NCBI GenBank assembly: GCA_045837725.1
Contig: JBEWZL010000179.1
Coordinates: forward strand, 496,001-560,000
Length of the DNA: 64,000 nt
Direction of reading: 5' to 3'
DNA from: Vermamoeba vermiformis
Lineage: Eukaryota
Shown piece by piece: positions 62,334-64,000 of the stretch; position 1 is the first letter of the stretch, and each line of letters starts with the position of its first letter. A model generated the notes under the pieces. That model was not told where the DNA came from. It saw only the letters and a program-made list of their open reading frames with translations, and made no database searches. Both the position numbers and the translations under genes were made by a program.

Positions 62334-64000
62334 TTACCAAACAGTGCATCTGTTGGTGGGGTTCATAAAGCTACCAGCAGGGCAGTTGAAGGTTTGAGAG
62401 AACTCAGGCAAGTTAACCAAGGGGCCGATAACACGGAAACTGGTATTTGATTAGTTTTGAACTTCAGATCCGGATTTAACCAAAAACTTACCGAGCAGGG
62501 GAGTGAGGATCGGTCTTGACGTGGATCTTAATGTAGTTATCAGTAGCCTTCTGGCACCAGCCTTGAGCAAAGGCAACGAAGAACAATTGACCGTTGGTCA
62601 AACCATTGACGATTGAAGGAGCGTTGAACTGATCTCCAGCCAACTTGCTGTAAGCAGTGTAAGAGTTCTTAATGCCACCCATATCAGCAATATTTTCACC
62701 CTGTCGGTTACGTTAGTACCATATAGTAGCTAGAGTTATTGAGCTGTACGTACTTGAGTCAATTTGCCGTTAACGTAGACACCAGGCAAAGGTTGGAATT
62801 GGCTGTATTGGTTAATGACGCATTGAGCACGACGATCGAACCTAATAGCAACAATTAGCAATGCTAATATATTAAAGAGTTGTGCTCAGCAAGACTTACT
62901 CTTCTTCAGTTTGAGGTTGCCACCAGTCACGAAGCATACCAGTACCATCGTAGTCCTTGCCTTGGTTATCGAAACCTATGGTACTGTTAATATGTGGCTT
63001 CGGGAGCTGAGTTTTAGATAGACTTACCGTGAGTCAACTCGTGGCCCATGACCATACCAGCACCACCGTAGTTCATGGCGAGAGGGTAGCTCAAGTTAAA
63101 GAACGGGGATTGCAAGATACCAGCAGGGAAGACCATCTCGTTCTTGGTGGGGTCGTAGTAAGCGTTGACGGTAGGAGGAGTCATTTCCCATTCGTAACGG
63201 TCAGCGGGCTCCTTCAACTTGTGCAAGTTGCGCAAGAAGCTGTCAGTGTTGGAGTACAAGACATTGACGAGGAAGTTGTCGGGTTGAATGGGGACTTCGG
63301 AGTAGTTGCGAGGGTTGTCGGGGTAACCAATCATGTTGGCAATCAAAGACAACTTGGTCAAGGCTTGGTTTCTGGTTTGGTCGTCCATCCAGTTAAGTGA
63401 GTTCAAGTCTTGGTGCATGGCGTCTTCTATAGATTGAATCATTTGAGAAGCAACAGTCTTGCTGGCACCAGGGAAGGCACGTTGAACGAAGTATTTGCCC
63501 AAAAGTTCGCCGAGAGAGGCATCGGCGGCACGAACGCAGACGGTGTCACGAGAAGGCAATTGCTTCTTGCCAGAAAGAATCTTGCCAAAGAAGTTGAAGT
63601 TCTCGTTGACGAAGGCCTTAGGACCATAGGGAGCAATAGAGTGGATCAGTTGCCAACTGTAAAGTTGAAGTTAGATCGCGTTTACGGGATCTTGCAGCGG
63701 GCTATTACTTACGTCAAATAAGGTTCCCAGTCTTGTTGGTATTGACCAACGACAATGCTCAAGTTGCCCAGGAAAGCAGGAGCATCAACCAAGACGTTGT
63801 TGAGCTTGAAGTTGAGACCCATACCCTTCAAGTAGCTAGTCCACTGCAAGTTGGGAGTCAATTGTTGCAATTGGCTGAAGGTGAGCTTGTTGTAGACAAC
63901 GAAGGGATCGATCAAGTTGTCAGGAGAAACGGTGATGTTAGCGATGGCTAAATAAATTTTGTCAGATTCGAGATCTTTGGATTTAGTTTTGAGTTACATA
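62334..64000 (-). CDS. M13 family zinc metallopeptidase (neprilysin/ECE-like); the 5' end lies beyond the window
   Basis: IGYPD, VNAYY, FPAGILQ.PFF, NYGG.GMVMGHELTHG, GENIADMGG, QLFFVAFAQ.WC, DPHSP, FNCP.GSFMNP..RCTVW*. Confidence 0.96.

Noticed and set aside
1-64000. Fragmented ORFs as pseudogenes, an alternative genetic code or prokaryotic operons
   Set aside because: The breaks I examined coincide with GT-AG introns, and splicing restores frames under the standard code.
62334-64000. GC-richer M13 peptidase as recent bacterial HGT
   Set aside because: It has several host-type introns and Cys-containing eukaryotic motifs; the composition fits codon bias of a highly expressed gene.

Overview
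Gene-dense, AT-rich eukaryotic nuclear DNA from an intron-rich protist, probably an amoeboid one. The Entamoeba-type transmembrane kinase hints at Amoebozoa, but this is inference. The genetic code is standard and introns are short GT-AG, so most ORF-track entries are single exons or antisense shadows. I reconstructed about 25 genes by hand. Recognisable genes: TMEM243, YIF1, SPF45/RBM17, an inward-rectifier K+ channel, a Zn-dependent MDR dehydrogenase, MND1, two tandem MOV10/SDE3-like RNA helicases, a MORN-VPS9 protein, ankyrin-asparaginase, DnaJ-B, sialate O-acetylesterase, a divergent eIF2-gamma, a receptor kinase and an M13 peptidase. There are also six F-box or F-box-like proteins with varied architectures and an HTH-NYN/PIN-LOTUS-like nuclease. 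No rRNA, tRNA, CRISPR array or intact transposon was seen. The most interesting signals are: (i) recurrent, often doubled GATC motifs in introns with possibly nucleosome-scale spacing, plus a separate TGACACGTGTCA intron palindrome; (ii) the tandem RRM-MOV10-Q-rich-alpha-crystallin-like helicases, which share an apparent gene-conversion tract; (iii) the HTH-NYN-LOTUS protein; (iv) unusual F-box fusions; (v) the divergent eIF2-gamma. Exon boundaries were read by eye and are approximate.
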